From Lama guanicoe (Eukaryota), in contig MU054323.1 in assembly GCA_013239625.1 (NCBI GenBank), forward strand, positions 3,336,161 to 3,400,160: DNA of 64,000 bases, read 5' to 3'. Within the stretch, counting starts at the first letter, position 1. Each line of letters starts with the position of its first letter. A program made the translations under genes and the position numbers. Below the pieces are notes generated by a model. It was not told where the DNA came from. It ran no database searches and saw nothing but the letters and a program-made list of their open reading frames with translations. Of this stretch, positions 12,461 to 25,500 are shown piece by piece.

Positions 12461-13011
12461 TGGGTTATCATCCAGTGCTGCATAAGTACCCACCCCAAAA
12501 CTTGGTGGCTTAAAATGACAACAACATGTATTTTGCTCATGAGTATGCAAAGTGAGGCGGGCTCCATGAGACCAGCTTGTATCTGCTCCACTTGGCATCA
12601 GCTGGGGCAGCTCCAAGGCTTTGGGGGAAAGTAATCTGAAGCCACTCACTCGCCTGCCTGGCTCCTAGCCTGGGAAGACCCCATATCTGGGAGCAGAACG
12701 GCTGGGGCTCCTCTCTCTCCCCCTGGAGTCTCACCTCCTGTCTCTCCAGCACGGCAACTTCTGGGCAGCTAGACTTCTCACATGTGGGCTCAGGGCTCCT
12801 GGGGGTGTCTATCTTGGGTGGGCAGATGCTGTATCCCCTTTTCTAACACAGAATCTGGAGTCACACAGTCTCACTCCTGCCTCTGTTAATTAAAAACATC
12901 TCATCAAAGCCAGCTCATATAGAAGGGGATAGCAATTAGATTCTGCCTTTTGATGGGAAGCGTGTCAGAGGATTTGTGAACATGACTGTGAACGTGTTTT
13001 TAACTCACCAC
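12461..13011 (-). mobile_element. MLT1 (MaLR) solo LTR (MLT1F/G/H-like)
   Basis: ccccaaaacttggtggcttaaaa..tttgctcatga..cagctggggcagct..gacttctcacatg..ggagtcacacag..ttttgatgggaag; apparently inserted into a MIR-like remnant. Confidence 0.75.
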
Positions 13012-13262
13012 GCAAGACAAAGGTTACTGTCCCATTTTAGAGAGGCGATAGGATTCAAGTTCTCATCCAGTTCATGCAGTAATTCGGAACCACGTGAGGA
13101 CTCTGCAACCTACCCTGGCTCTGATCCCAAGCTCTCCTTCTATCCGTCACCTGGCTCAGTGACAAAGGGCTGAGTCCCCTAGAGCATCTGCTGAAATATA
13201 GACACTTTCCAGGAAAAAAAAATGCACATACATAAATGTGTGTCTATAAATTTGTGGGAGCA

Positions 13263-14282
13263 CTTCCTGTTTCCTGTCCAGCTCAGAAGAATCTACAAGT
13301 GGCCATTACATCTGACCAGCAAGTGAAAATCTGGACAAACTGAAAACATCAACAACTCTTAGATTCTTCAAAGCAGTGGAGAGACTGACCAGTGAGTTTG
13401 GGAATTCTGGCAAGACCGGCGCAGGAGCAGAAAGCTCCACTGGAAGTAGTGTTGAGCAGGGAAACTTGAACTGTAACTGATGAACTGCTGGAGGCTCAGG
13501 GAGGACCAGGCTGGGAGAGAAACACTCTGGGGGTGTGGGGACCCAGTTATGGGGGTGGAGCCACACTTATGTGTTTTATCTCCAAAAGGTCCCAGGTAAA
13601 AAGCAGAGAAAAATCTCAGAGGGAGGAGGGAAAAGGAACCATTCTGAAAGTTCTTCTTAACAAGCCCCGCCCTTGGGAGAAACTAGTTCACCAGAGCCTA
13701 ACCTGCCAGGGCTTTATCAGAGCCTAACTGACTTGGGGGAAGGGAAAAACCCATCTCCAGTCTGCTCTAGCCATCCGGCCCTAGTTAACGGAGGAGAAAG
13801 AGAGTAACAGGGTCCAGAGGGCTGGGCTCTCTAAAAGTCTGAGACCCAACACAGGTCTATAGAACACTTCCCTCCAACATCTCCACCCCCACCTCTCCAC
13901 CACATCACAGAAGACCTACTTAGAGCAATTCCTTTTACCTGGTACGTCACCTCTGGCTATCAAGAAAAATTAAAAGACATACTAAACATCAAAAATAAAA
14001 ACCAAACACAATTTGAAGAGACAGAGCAAGCATCAGAGCCAGCCATGGCTGGGAGGTTGGAATTGTCAGAGCAGGAATTTAAAACAACTGTGATTAAGAG
14101 GCTAAGGACTCTTATGGATAAAGTAGACAACATGCAAGAACAGATGGGCAGAGAAATGGAAATTCTAAGAAAGAACACAAAGAAATGCTAGAGATCAAAA
14201 ACACTCACAGAAATGAGGAATGCCTTTGATGGGCTTATGAGTAGACTGGACACGGCCAAGGAAAGAATCTCTGAGCTTGAGG
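13263..14282 (+). mobile_element. Old L1 5' UTR / ORF1 fragment (L1MC/MD-like)
   Basis: A-rich ORF1-like segment (gaatttaaaacaactgtgatt..ggataaagtagacaacatgcaagaacagatggg..gagtagactggacacggccaaggaaagaatctctgagcttga), frame-disrupted. Confidence 0.75.
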
Positions 14283-16273
14283 TTAGCTCAGGAAACGTGT
14301 GGGGATGCAGAACAGTACCCGAACAGGTAAGGTTGGGCTAAACCATTCTGGCCTCTGCCTGCCCCCAGCATTGCCACCACACCCAGCACAGCCAGCGCCA
14401 CCAGGAGCAGGTACCTGTCCCCACACCTGCCTGGTGGCCTGGAGGTCTCTCCCAGGGCCCAGCTTTGGGATCTGGGGAAGTACCTGGGGCTTGCTGTGCA
14501 ATATCTCCATAGTGCCGTGGCGGCCAGGACCTCCTGGGCGGACTCCAGGGGTCTGGAAAGAGGGAACCAGAATCCAGACTCCCTTCACGGCAGCCCAGGG
14601 GCAGCTATACAACAGAACAGAGCTCTGGGGAGCTTCCGAGTTCTACATTTGACATGATGAGGGGTAGCTCTGTGGGTCCCCACCCTCCTTTCTTCTGCTC
14701 ACACCTGAGGGAGGAACACATGCATCAGAAAGCAGGAAGGAGTAGGGCTGAAAAGTCCTTTGAGTGATTGGAATAAATAATGCCCACCCATCCTCGCGGT
14801 CAAGAGTCGCAGGTGAGTAGAAGATGTCGAGGCTTCATAGGTGGAAAATTGGGGCAGACTCCCTGGCACTGACCAGTGACTCTCAGCAAGTCCCGCTCTG
14901 GCAGTGACCCCCGATCTGCACTTAGGGTTGGAGTGAAATGGGACCATGTGCAGGATGAGGAAGGGACTGGCCCACCTAAGCAGACGTACTGCTGAGACCA
15001 ACGGGGAGTTTCCATGGGTATCCTTTTGGTCGAGTAGATTTGCCCCCGGGTTTCCTTTCCCTCTTTCATTTATTTTGGGGAGAGGGTGGTGCTGGGAAAA
15101 AAAGGAAGCTTCATGTGCAAGAGGCATTTGGCTCAGGCGTTGGCGGGGGACAGAGGACCACGGTGGGTTGTGACCACATCTGGACCTAAGGAACTAATTT
15201 TTTTAAACAAATATTTTGTTTATTTAATGAAGCAGACAATAGCCACATTTGGTGAGAGGTTATCTTGTAGATACTGCAGATATAGGACGTTCCTATCATC
15301 ACAGGAAACTCTACTGACAGCACCGGCCCTAGAAGGAAGTCAGGTGAAATGAAAAAACGCTGGAATTAAGCCAGAAGAGGAGGCGTGGTTCTTGGAGGGA
15401 GAAGGCCTTGAAGTGCCGGGCCCCACCCCCAGGCCCAGGCCCTCCCTCCTTCCCGGCCCAGCCCCAGCCCCAGGCCTGAGCACCAACCTGCTTTCTCTCT
15501 GGCTGCCTGACCTGACCAGAGGCCTGTCTGCTGCTGTCCCCACAACCCAGGGGAGGGGAATGGGGCTTGTGGGGACCTGCAAGGAGCTGACCAGGAGCCA
15601 GCAGTCGTGGGAGCAGCCGAGCCTCCTTCAGGCCGCAAGTGACTGTGGCCAGGCCAGGGTGGGGCCTGCAAGGGCTGCCACCCACCTGCCTGCATCCGAA
15701 AGAGCTTTGATGACCAGAAAGCTACCTCTGGGAAGGCAGCCGATTCTGTGTGCCTTCAGAAGCCACTCGCCTTGGGCCTAACAAGGGGCCCCAGGAGGGG
15801 GCGGGCGCTGCTTGTTTGTTTCCGCGGCATCTTTGATGCTCCTCGGAGCCTTTGATGTTGGAGGTGTCTCTGGCCAAGCTGGCCATGTGCTGTTTGCTCT
15901 GGGGTTTTCCTTTTATTCGTTTTTAAATTCATCTCGTTAAATCGGTTCTGTAAAGGGCGAAAGAAGGAACCCAGCAGAAAAGAAATGCTGTGTAGTTTAT
16001 GGAGGAGAGGAGGTGGGAGCCCATTTGTGGTGGCTGAGCTGCAGCTGAAGGCAGAGGCTGCTTATTCAGCTCTCACTTCAGAGCTTCAGCCCTCGACCCA
16101 GTGAAATCTCTTAGAATCTTTACAAGATCCGTGTAGACGTCAGGTGGATGAACCTAAAACCTTACGAGATCTTAATGGAATCCATGTAGAAGACTCATAG
16201 ACTCCTTTTAGAAGCCACCTAAAATCCACATAGAATTCACCAGACTGCTCCCAGTAGCCTAAATCCTCGCTGC

Positions 16274-16274
<1 letters not shown>

Positions 16275-16315
<41 letters not shown>

Positions 16316-16331
16316 CACGCACACGCACGCG
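16275..16331. repeat. (CG)n(CA)n microsatellite
   Basis: Alternating purine-pyrimidine tract, potentially Z-DNA-forming. Confidence 0.9.
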
Positions 16332-16640
16332 CTCGCACTCCTCTCCCCTCCGATGGAAAGAGCAAGTCACCTTGAACTCCACCTCCTTGCCTCAGAGAAA
16401 GGCCACTTGGCAGATCTCTCTCTTATGTAAATATAGGGGCTGGGGTCACCCATTGCCCAGGGTAAGGGGGTAATGCAACCTTTTGTGATGTGACCAGGGC
16501 AGGCCTCTCTTTAGGCCCTTTGGTCAGCAAACCTGGTCCCTTGGGAACTGGGAAATCATTTGCATAAGAATCCCAGGGCTTCCAAAAAGAGAAGGGACCC
16601 CAACTCCTGTGTGAAAACTCATCATGGTGGCCTGGCAATG

Positions 16641-16767
16641 CTCCCTGAAATGTGAGCCCCACAAGGCAAGTGGGGTTTCTAGGTGTCCTTCTAGGCATCC
16701 TAGCATCTAGTCCTGTGCCTGGCACATAGTAGGTCCTCAATATTTGTTTTGTAAATAAATGAATGAA
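16641..16767 (+). mobile_element. L2 3' end
   Basis: gtgcctggcacatagtaggtcctcaatatttgtt..aatgaatgaa terminal signature. Confidence 0.8.
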
Positions 16768-18361
16768 GCTGTGCTACCAGGAAAGCACTCTAAGGGCCAG
16801 AAGGGTACCCACCAGGGGGATGGCACAAACATGAGGCCAACATAAGCACTACAGTGGACTGCCTGGGGATCTGGACAAATGAGGCCTCTCTGCTGGACAG
16901 ACAGAGGGAGACCCTTCTAGGGAGGGGAGAAGCCAAGGAATGGGGCTCTGGAAGCACTAGAGCAAGGTCAGTCTTGAAGGAATCCTGGTGATAGGTGGCC
17001 AGGACCTAAAGAGGCCAGTCTCCTGCCTGCCCTGGGCATGTGGGCTGAGACAGAGCTGAGGATTATGTCCTTGTGGGACATAGAAGAATTTTCTGGTTAT
17101 TTTTTGGTTTCATCTCAAGCAGCTTGCTTTCATTCTTCAGAGCTGTGCTCTGCCAGAAGCCCCCCCAGATCAGGAGATTTGCAGAGATGTGTGGGGATGG
17201 CCCCCTCTCCTCCTGCCTCAAGCAAGCCTGACTGTGGGGCTCAGGGGGATGGCGTGGGGAGACATTCTGCCTCCTCTGGGCAGAGAGAGGAGACTCCTTT
17301 ACTGGGAGCTCTGGGCTCTGAGAAGACTTGCCCGGGAAGCAACAATGCTGACTCTGGCCAAACAAGCTGAACTCTGCCTGTCTCTCTGTCTGTCCATCTG
17401 CGTGGGGGTGATGGCGCCTCCACTGTCAGCAGCTCTCTCTACACACCTTGGCTGAGCCCCAGCTCAGCGCCCCTCCCCGGGCATGGCTGAGGATGGACAA
17501 AGGCCTCCAGCCTTTGGAAGTGAGTTGTTTCAGTCTTGCAAGGGCAAAGTAGACCCTGGATATATGTTTGAAAAAAAAAAAAGTGGGGAGGAAAGAGACT
17601 AAACAAATTTTAGACCAGGCTGAGCCACCTCTAGCCCAGAACATGTTTTTTACAGCAAACACCAAACATACTATTTCTGCCAGCATTCAAATTTGTGTGC
17701 CTGGGAGGGACAGCCAAGATTTAAGCAAATGAAGAAACCATGTCCAGGTCACCCCAGTACCTCTCTGTGGTCAGTGCCCCCTGTCCCCTCTGTCAGGATG
17801 GCCTTTGGACAGCAGGAAGCAGAGGGGGTGGCCTTCCTGGGAGATTTGATCACCAGATGTAACCCCAGCAGCAGCAGGAGAGGGACCATCAGAGGATAAG
17901 GCAGAAGCGAGTGGGTCCACATCACGGGGGGCCTTGGAGGTCAGCTTCAGTTGGGACTTTGTGTTTAGGCCGCTCACAATCTCCTCCCACAGCCCCCCTT
18001 CCCCAAACCATGCCACATAAACATATACTCAAAACCCCCAGCGTGATGTCTCAAGGCCATTGTCTCTCCAGCTACCACCTTGGCCCTGTCTATATCTTGG
18101 GGTCATGGGGCCCCCAGATCCCAGCCTGCAGTGTGCTGGGCTCAGGGCCCACACACAGCTCTTCCTGTCGCCTCATCCTGAGCACACGGACTGGACTGGG
18201 CGTTGTTAATGTCTGTTTTTCTCACAGCAGAACTCAGCCCAGAACCCCCTCACCCCCCTCCCACGCCCACCCCCACGCTCGGAGGATGTCAGTGAGTGTG
18301 GGCAGAATTTAATTGCCTGACAAGTTCAGATTTGCATCTTTGATCTGCAAACCTGGCAGTG

Positions 18362-18831
18362 CTGGGTAGCGGGGAGAACTCTGGATTCGGGCACAGACGG
18401 ACCCGGGCTTGAATCCCGGCTTTGTCCCTTAACACCATGTGACCATCGGCAGTCATTTCACTCCCCTGAGCCTGGCTGTCCTCGTCAGGGAAATGCGGAC
18501 AGTGGTACCTCACAAGGAACCACATGAAGGGTGATTACACAACATGCACCAACGGCCCAGCCCAGCGCCTCAGCTTCCTCTTGGGAAAAATCGGAGCACA
18601 GTGATGAGTATTTTAGTCCTGGTTCCCGGCACTGTGGTTTCCGTGCTGTTGGCAGAGTGAGCACTTTACATGCATCCTATTCCTCGCAATAGTTCTTTGA
18701 GGAACACATCGTCGTCATCAGCAACAGCTTTTTATAGCTCAGGAAACTGAGGCACAGAGAGAGTCTGATGCTTGGCCGATGTCACACAGCTGGTAAGTAG
18801 CTGAGCTATGGTTTGAACCAAGGCATTTGGG
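18362..18831. mobile_element. Two MIR SINEs in opposite orientation (+ ~18362-18565, - ~18607-18831)
   Basis: gggcttgaatcccggctttg..tgtgacc..ctgagcct and aggaaactgaggcacagagag..gtcacacagctggtaagt core motifs. Confidence 0.7.
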
Positions 18832-20566
18832 CGTTGGTGCCGCCCTCTGCCCTTGAACAGCTCTGAATTCACCCTCAGAGAGGAAACCAACAAAGGGATA
18901 CTCTTTGATGAGTTCCTAGGACAGAATTAGGAGAGGTGGTCTGAGCCTCACCGGAGGATGCTCAGTGTGGGGTCCTGGAGAGCAGCTCCTGGGGGAGCTT
19001 TGCTGAGAGCTGGCAGAGGTGGCCCTGCCCGTCACATCTTCTTCCGCAGCCCGCTCGCCTGCCAGGGCGATTGAACAATGATTAACTGCAACGGGCAGGC
19101 CGGTGCAGGCCAGGGCGGGCACAGCAGGTGAGCTCACCCCTTGCACAACGGTTGCCGCACCCGCCTGCCCGGCTCAGGGGCAACCCAGGGGGCAGGGCCA
19201 GGCAGGCTCCCAGAAGCTGGGAAGGACAAGGGACACCCTGGCTGGACATGCAGACTTGATCACCACCACATTCTGCCTCCCCCAAGCCTCCCAGCCAGTG
19301 GGGCCTTGTCTGGAGGCTCCTGTGTGCCCCAGGAGTAGACTCCAGCCCCAGTGCTCAGTGGGGTCAGCCTTGCTGAAGACGTTCCTCAAACAGTGTCATC
19401 CAGAACTGCTCCCACCACACGACAGCACACACCAGGTTGGAGTGGAGGACTTGCCCCCAGCAGACAGGGAGCCCTGCCGACTGCTCCTCTGCCCCTCCCA
19501 CTCCTGGTCCTCGTGATTCCAGAAACATAGGCACATGTGTGTCCCAGGCCTGGAGCATGCACACACGCACCAGCCTCCAGGGCCCTTCCCTGGGAGCACC
19601 GGTTCCTAGAGTGGTGATGGTAGTGAACTCATACGCACTGGGCCAAGTCTGCCTCCAGACTCACCCCGTGCCCACACCTCCGTGCCCACACCCTCGCACT
19701 CCAGCCTCGCCCAAAGCCGGCCTCTCTTTGTTGAACAGAGCTCTAAAGTCCTTTGTCCTTGGTAAACTCTGAGCCCATCTCAGATCCAGCTTTGCTGCTC
19801 CGGAGTCTGGAGAAGGCTGGGATGTGTGGGTGGGAGGTTGGGTGGGGGAGTGAAAGATAATTTTCTCTGAAATGGGGAGGGTGGTGGAGGGTGCCGTGGA
19901 CAGGGTTGACCCTCTCCCCATTCCCACTGTGATTCCTCAGGATTCCAGAAAGGCGAGTCCCTGCTGGTCTGAGAGGGGTCTTAGCTGATCTGAGGGGTCA
20001 GGCAGCTTTACTGGATGCCCCTCAGTAAACTGCTCCCACCCCCTCTTCAGTGCCCAGGAGTCTGGGTCTGACTGGGCTGCCCGGCCCACCCTCCATGACC
20101 CAGGGACATTGTGGCCCTGAGGATTTCCAAAGCCTATTCAGCAACGAAGGGTAGGGTCCTCCTGACAGACTAGCTGGGTCGTGCTTTGCCTCAGATTTAC
20201 TTGCTCAGCCTCTAGGACCCCAAGTTCTGGGCCATGTGCTTGGAGCACCATATCCTGTTTATTCTCCCACAGGATCCTCCCCACCCCCAACCTGGACCGA
20301 GAAGCCCTGGGTCTCATCCACTCAGGGTCCTGTGAGACCCCTGTCCTGACCCCGCCAACCTGCCTCCTCACAGCACTGGCTCTGACTGCGGAGAGAGTAG
20401 AGCCTGCTCGCTGCCCTCAGGGGCACGTGAACAAACAGCAGAGAACAGGTGAGAAGTTCCATAATGGGGGCCAGTCCCGCTGCTGCGATGACTGACAAGC
20501 CTTGACTCTTAGACATCACCTTCTGTATACCAGGCCCTGTTTTAAGCAGGTCACGTGTGTTTACTT

Positions 20567-20655
20567 TTTTTCCCCTTAACGGAGGCACTGGGATTGAACC
20601 CAAGACCTGGTGCATGCCAAGCATGCGCTCTACCACTGAGCTATACCTGCTACCC
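20567..20655 (-). mobile_element. tRNA-Ala-derived camelid SINE (vic-1 type) with 13-bp TSD, inside a MIR remnant
   Basis: Minus strand GGTATAGCTCAGTGGTAGAGCGCATGCTTGGCATGCACCAGGTCTTGGGTTCAATCCCAGTGCCTCC; TSD cgtgtgtttactt at 20554-20566 and 20656-20668. Confidence 0.88.
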
Positions 20656-21170
20656 CGTGTGTTTACTTACTTTTATCACATGGGCTTCACAGCAAGATAT
20701 GAAGTAGATAAATTCATGACCCCCATTGCAGCAGATGAGGGAAAAACCCCAAGGGATAGAGAAGTTGAGTGACTTGCCCCAGGATGGAAGTGAGAGGACC
20801 AAGATGCAAATCCAGGGACCTGTGCTCTTAGCCACCGTGTTATGCTGTCTTCAAAGTCGGGTAGGATGGCAAGGGAGGGCCAAGCCGAAGCTTCCCAGAC
20901 CGAATGGCGGTAGGGCTAGGCCTGGGTGTGAATGGAAGCTTGTCAGAGAAGCAGCATGGGACAATGCAGACAGAGGAGATGGTGTCTGCACGGCTGGGAG
21001 ATGCTAACAGTGAGCATCCCCAGGGAGGGGTTGGGGGCTCGTGTACCCCAAACCCCTGCATGGTTTGAACCTCCCACAGTGAGCCTATATTCATGGATTG
21101 CAGGTGCAACGTAAAGACACACACAAGCACAGTGAAGACTCAGTAGCACGTGGAAAAGAAAGGCTCTGAG

Positions 21171-21474
21171 CAGGAGTTTGCAAGCTTTCCCCATAAAGGG
21201 CCAGATGGTAAATATTTGAGGCTTTTCCTGTCACAACTACTCAGCTCTGCAGGGAAGCCCCAGAGCAGCCACGGAGGGTATGTGAACAAATGGGCGTGGC
21301 CATGTGGCAATAAAACTGTATTAACAGTGATGTCACATGATTCTCATATGTCACAAAATAATATTCTTTTACATTTCTCAGTCTTTTAAAATGTAAACTG
21401 TTTTTAGCTCACAGGCTATAGAAAAGCAGGCACTGGGGAGGGATTGGGCCGTAGATCCCAGTCTGCTGATCCCA
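21171..21474. mobile_element. MER58B-like hAT-Charlie DNA transposon
   Basis: caggagtttgcaagcttt..taaagggccagatggtaaatattt..tgtcacaactactcagctctgc..aatgggcgtggc..caataaaact..agtctgctgatccc. Confidence 0.75.
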
Positions 21475-21899
21475 GTCCTAAAGATTCAGATCGGTGAGAG
21501 CATACAGAGGCTTCAAGAACAAGTCACGCAGATTGACCAGAGCCCAGGAGCCCCAGGAATGAGGAGCAGGGCTGGCCGAGATCGGATGGGACGGGGGCCA
21601 CCCCAGGAGGCTCGAAGGCCCTGAGAGGAGGTGTTATCACAGCAGGGTCAGCCCCAGGCTCAGGCTCTAGCAGCAGCAGACCCTGGCTGCGAGGTCCAGG
21701 CATTTGTTTCTCTGAGCTTCAGTTGCTTCAGCTGTAAAATGGGAACCTGGCATTGACCTTGAAAGTCCTGTGAAAGGGGCCACCTGGGATAAGGGGGGAG
21801 GTGGCCCTTATTAATTCATGTGATTGCTCCGGTTAGTCTCAAATTTTTTGGCAGGAACCTGCTCAGATATGGGTTTTGGAAACATCTCCCTGGTGAGCA

Positions 21900-22258
21900 T
21901 CTGTGTGAACACCTGTTTGCCCTCCAGATCCATCCTCCACCCTCGTCCCTGCTACCCTGCACTGGGAAGACCAACCTATGTGGACAGCGTCAGTGGGCCC
22001 CTCCGTCCTCCCACTGTTAAACCAATGCAGGCAAGGAGGAGCCCAGCAGGAAGTACGGGAGAGAGGAGAGTGAGGTTTAGGGGACTAACTCCCACCCTCT
22101 CCCTGCAGGATGTCTGCAAGCTGGCTGCATGCCTACGGGAAAGCCACAGCACAAAGCCCACCTTACCTCAGCAGTTCTAGAGGTCTCTTACCCCTTGCCC
22201 ACATCTTTGCAAACTCCTCTCAATTTATCCTAACTTGAGTGCAACCTGGCTGACAGAC
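21900..22258 (+). mobile_element. LTR33-like ERVL LTR
   Basis: agatccatcctccaccct..ccaatg..cagcagga..ggagagtgagg..cccttgcccacatctttg..ttgagtg..ctgacagac layout (from memory). Confidence 0.55.
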
Positions 22259-22264
22259 TCAAAG

Positions 22265-22557
22265 AGACTAGTACCAGAGAGAGACACCAGTTGGGAGACG
22301 ATGGAGCAGTAAAATGGGATGGCGGTAGTGAGGGGACAAAAGAGCTGAAATAGAGACATATTTAGAAGCTAAACAGGCTGAGGTGGGGACATGAAGGAGA
22401 AGGAGAAAACTCCAGGATGAGTTGCGTTTCTGGCTTGGGTGGCTGGGAGGATGGAGATGCTGAGAGAGGACCCCCAAGGAGAGAGAAAGGTAGTTTGAAT
22501 GGAAATGAGTTTGAAGCAATGCCTGCAGGACATCCAGGCGGCTATATGCGCAGGTGT
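22265..22557 (-). mobile_element. L2 fragment
   Basis: Purine-rich L2 motifs (gtttctggcttgggt..tgagtttga..ggacatccag). Confidence 0.55.
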
Positions 22558-25500
22558 ACCCCAGCCCTCCTGTACCCTGATTCTTTCCTTGACCTTTATC
22601 CTTAACCCACCAAGTTCTTCCAGATGAGCCACCACTTTGGGAATGATCTGGGAGCCTTGGAGAGCAGTCCATCCGTAAGTGGGGCCTGGACTCTTCCTTC
22701 CCTTTCCGACGCAGAGAAAAGGCTCTCAGATATGTGAACTTAGCTAAGAGGAGTGATGGGAGGATTTTGGGGTCCCCAGGAGAGATCCGGGGGACTCCAT
22801 CCCCAGAGGGCCATGGACTAATTAAAGCCAGGGCAGCCAGCCAATGACACTGACAATGGCTGCTTTTGCCTATCAGCCAGTGATGCTGAACATGCATGAT
22901 AAGGCACTTCCATTTAGGGGATACTTGGTTTAAATCTTCCCTTTAACCACTCATCTCTTGTGGTTTGCAGGAGACAGGAGGTCAGATCCAGGCTTTCCTC
23001 CAAGGTGAGTTCTGGTGTTGGAGCAAAACCACATGGGTGGAAGCAGGGAGGGATAACTCCTTCAGACCTTTCCAAGTCTTTCTCCCCTTCAGAACTGAAC
23101 TGCCTTCTGATTACATCGTCCTTCCAAAAACAAACACTTGATTGAATAGTTCTCCATTGAATCACTGTTCAGTTTGCCTTCTCCCAGGCAATCAAACACA
23201 CTCTGGTTTCGCCTCTCCATCATTCTGACCATACTCAATGTTTTACCCTCTCCTGGGACCGGCTTCCAGTCTCCTCTGCTCGCTCCCACCCACGGAACAC
23301 CAGGCAGTTAGACTCTTACCTTACACTCACCGCCTCTGAGGGGGCGGTCATTTCCACAATGCTTCTCTCCCTCTGCCCAAGATGAATTACTGCATCTCCT
23401 TCTCCTGAGAGGCTGCCCTGCCTTCCAGCCCCAACCCCCACTGCTTCGAGCCCCAGTCCGTGGGTCTGGTATCCATTAATGTCTAGTCAAGGCCTGATTC
23501 AGCCACATTGCTTCACAGACAGCCCAGCGGGCAGACAGCTAATGCTGTGGGCAACCCAGGTCTGACCGACTGGCTAGTCCACATGGTTCACAGAACAGCT
23601 GGGTGGACTTCAGCCCTGAGAGGCTGAGACAAGGCCCATGGGACAGTCCCTTGTCCTGACTCACCAGGTGATGCTGAAACCTTGAAAAACTCAGGAAGAC
23701 CTTTTTTCCCAGAGAGCCTTCCTGTCTCTGCCACCAACCCTGGGACCCCTCCTCAGAGCACCCCAGCAGTTGCGCCCCCCCTGGTCTGTGTACAGTGTAG
23801 GGCGTGTTCGTCGGCCGAGCACTGCTATCCAGATCTCTAATCACTGACATACCAGAGCCTGACTCTGAGGCTTTTCAAAAGACCCATTAGGCGATCAGCT
23901 AGTGAATCTACCCCTTACTGGGCACGAAAGAATTAAAGTGTAATTCTAGGTTTCCAGTTGTGGGGGTGGAGGATGGAATGTGATGACATCATATAAGAAC
24001 TTGGGGTATCTATGCTTCTACCAATCCATCTTCAGCTCAGACTTCATGCAAGAAGCAGTCTTCTCACCACAAAATTCCCCATTAACGCAGGGGTGCTCCC
24101 CACAGGCTGTAGTCCCCAGGCTCGGATTAGAGTGAGAGTCCCCCGTCACACAGCAGATCAGCCAGGGTACTGGCGGGACTGGAGGGATGAAAAGTCTCCA
24201 TAGGAATCAGTTGGTAGAAATTTTTTTCTTACCACAAGACATGAACACCCCAGCCCAGGCGAGATGGTGGTGAATGAAAGCACTGAAGCACTGAGGGTAA
24301 GAACCAGCCGTCGTGCTTGAGGCTCCTCAGAGGCCCCGTGGTGTGGAGTGAGTAGAGACTGAAACGAGCCCGGTGCCCGTCCGTCAGGTCCAGTTCATAC
24401 AAGGAAGTGTGACACAGGAGTCCCTCTGGAGTGTGAGCTTGCTTGGCCATTCTCGGGGACCCTCTGAGGCCCCCAACCAGCCCTGAGTAGGACCCCTGGC
24501 AGTTTCACACAAGGGAGCTTTTAGTCCTGGGCTCCCAAGGCTCTGTTCTGGAACCATTTTCCCAAGTGCCCTGCAGAGGGGGAGGGGCATCAGAAGCACC
24601 TTTTGGTAGGAGGATCCACTTCCTCCCTGTTGACTTTGTGAGTCTCAAGGCCTCTGGGGCAGCAGCTCAGATGAGCCTGCAGGGATGGGGAGCCTGGATT
24701 CCGCTGCCCAGGGTGGGCTCAGCCTGTAGCAGCTCTGCTTAGAGAAGTGACTCCGAGGGCTCATTCCGACTGTGCATGGGACACTTTTGCGAGGTCAGGA
24801 GCCCCAGGGGTCATTTGAACAGGAAGTTCTCAGGTCACATCAGATGTTCCATGTTACAAACCCCCCATTTAACCCCTTTTCAGGAAGTCATCAGTCTCCC
24901 TAGCAGGGTGGGGGAGGGGCATGGTATTGTAACCGTCACGAGTCCAGGGTCCAGCCATCCCTCCGGTCAGCGCACCTGGCTGAAGCAGGGCTCACTGCAC
25001 TGGGCACCCGGGCTGGACTCCGCTGCAGCCCCCACAACAGCACAGCGTGGGGAGAAGGGCTTCTTTGGGGATGGGCACCACGGGAGCATCCTAAAATCAC
25101 CAGGAGCTCCAGGGAAAAGCCGAGGTGGGGTGCCTGGCAACAGAAATGCCAGGGCACTGCTGTGAGAGCCAGGAGAGGGCCTGTGCTCAGGATGTAGAGG
25201 CACCGAGGAGAGACAGCCTAGCCCCCTTCTCTCTCTGTGCCCATTCCAGTCTCTCTTTGTCTCTCTGGGTTCTCAATCCTACTGTGTCTCCAGGAAACTG
25301 CCCCGGACCTGGAAAGCCCACCACGCAGACAAAATTCTTTGTCTCACAGCCTAAGAACATGTCAGTCTAGTCCTGCCTTCTCCCCACTGCTCAACCCCCC
25401 CCCCACTCCCACTTCTCTGAAAAGAATCAGGGGGTCAGAGTGAGGGTGGGGAATGAAGGGCTGAGCTGCTTCCGCTCACAGCCTCAGCCCTCCCCTGGAA

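Noticed and set aside
20567..20655. tRNA-Ala gene (also 4101-4187 and 5790-5911)
   Set aside because: Flanked by TSDs, with A-rich tails and degenerate stems; these are SINE copies, not tRNA genes.
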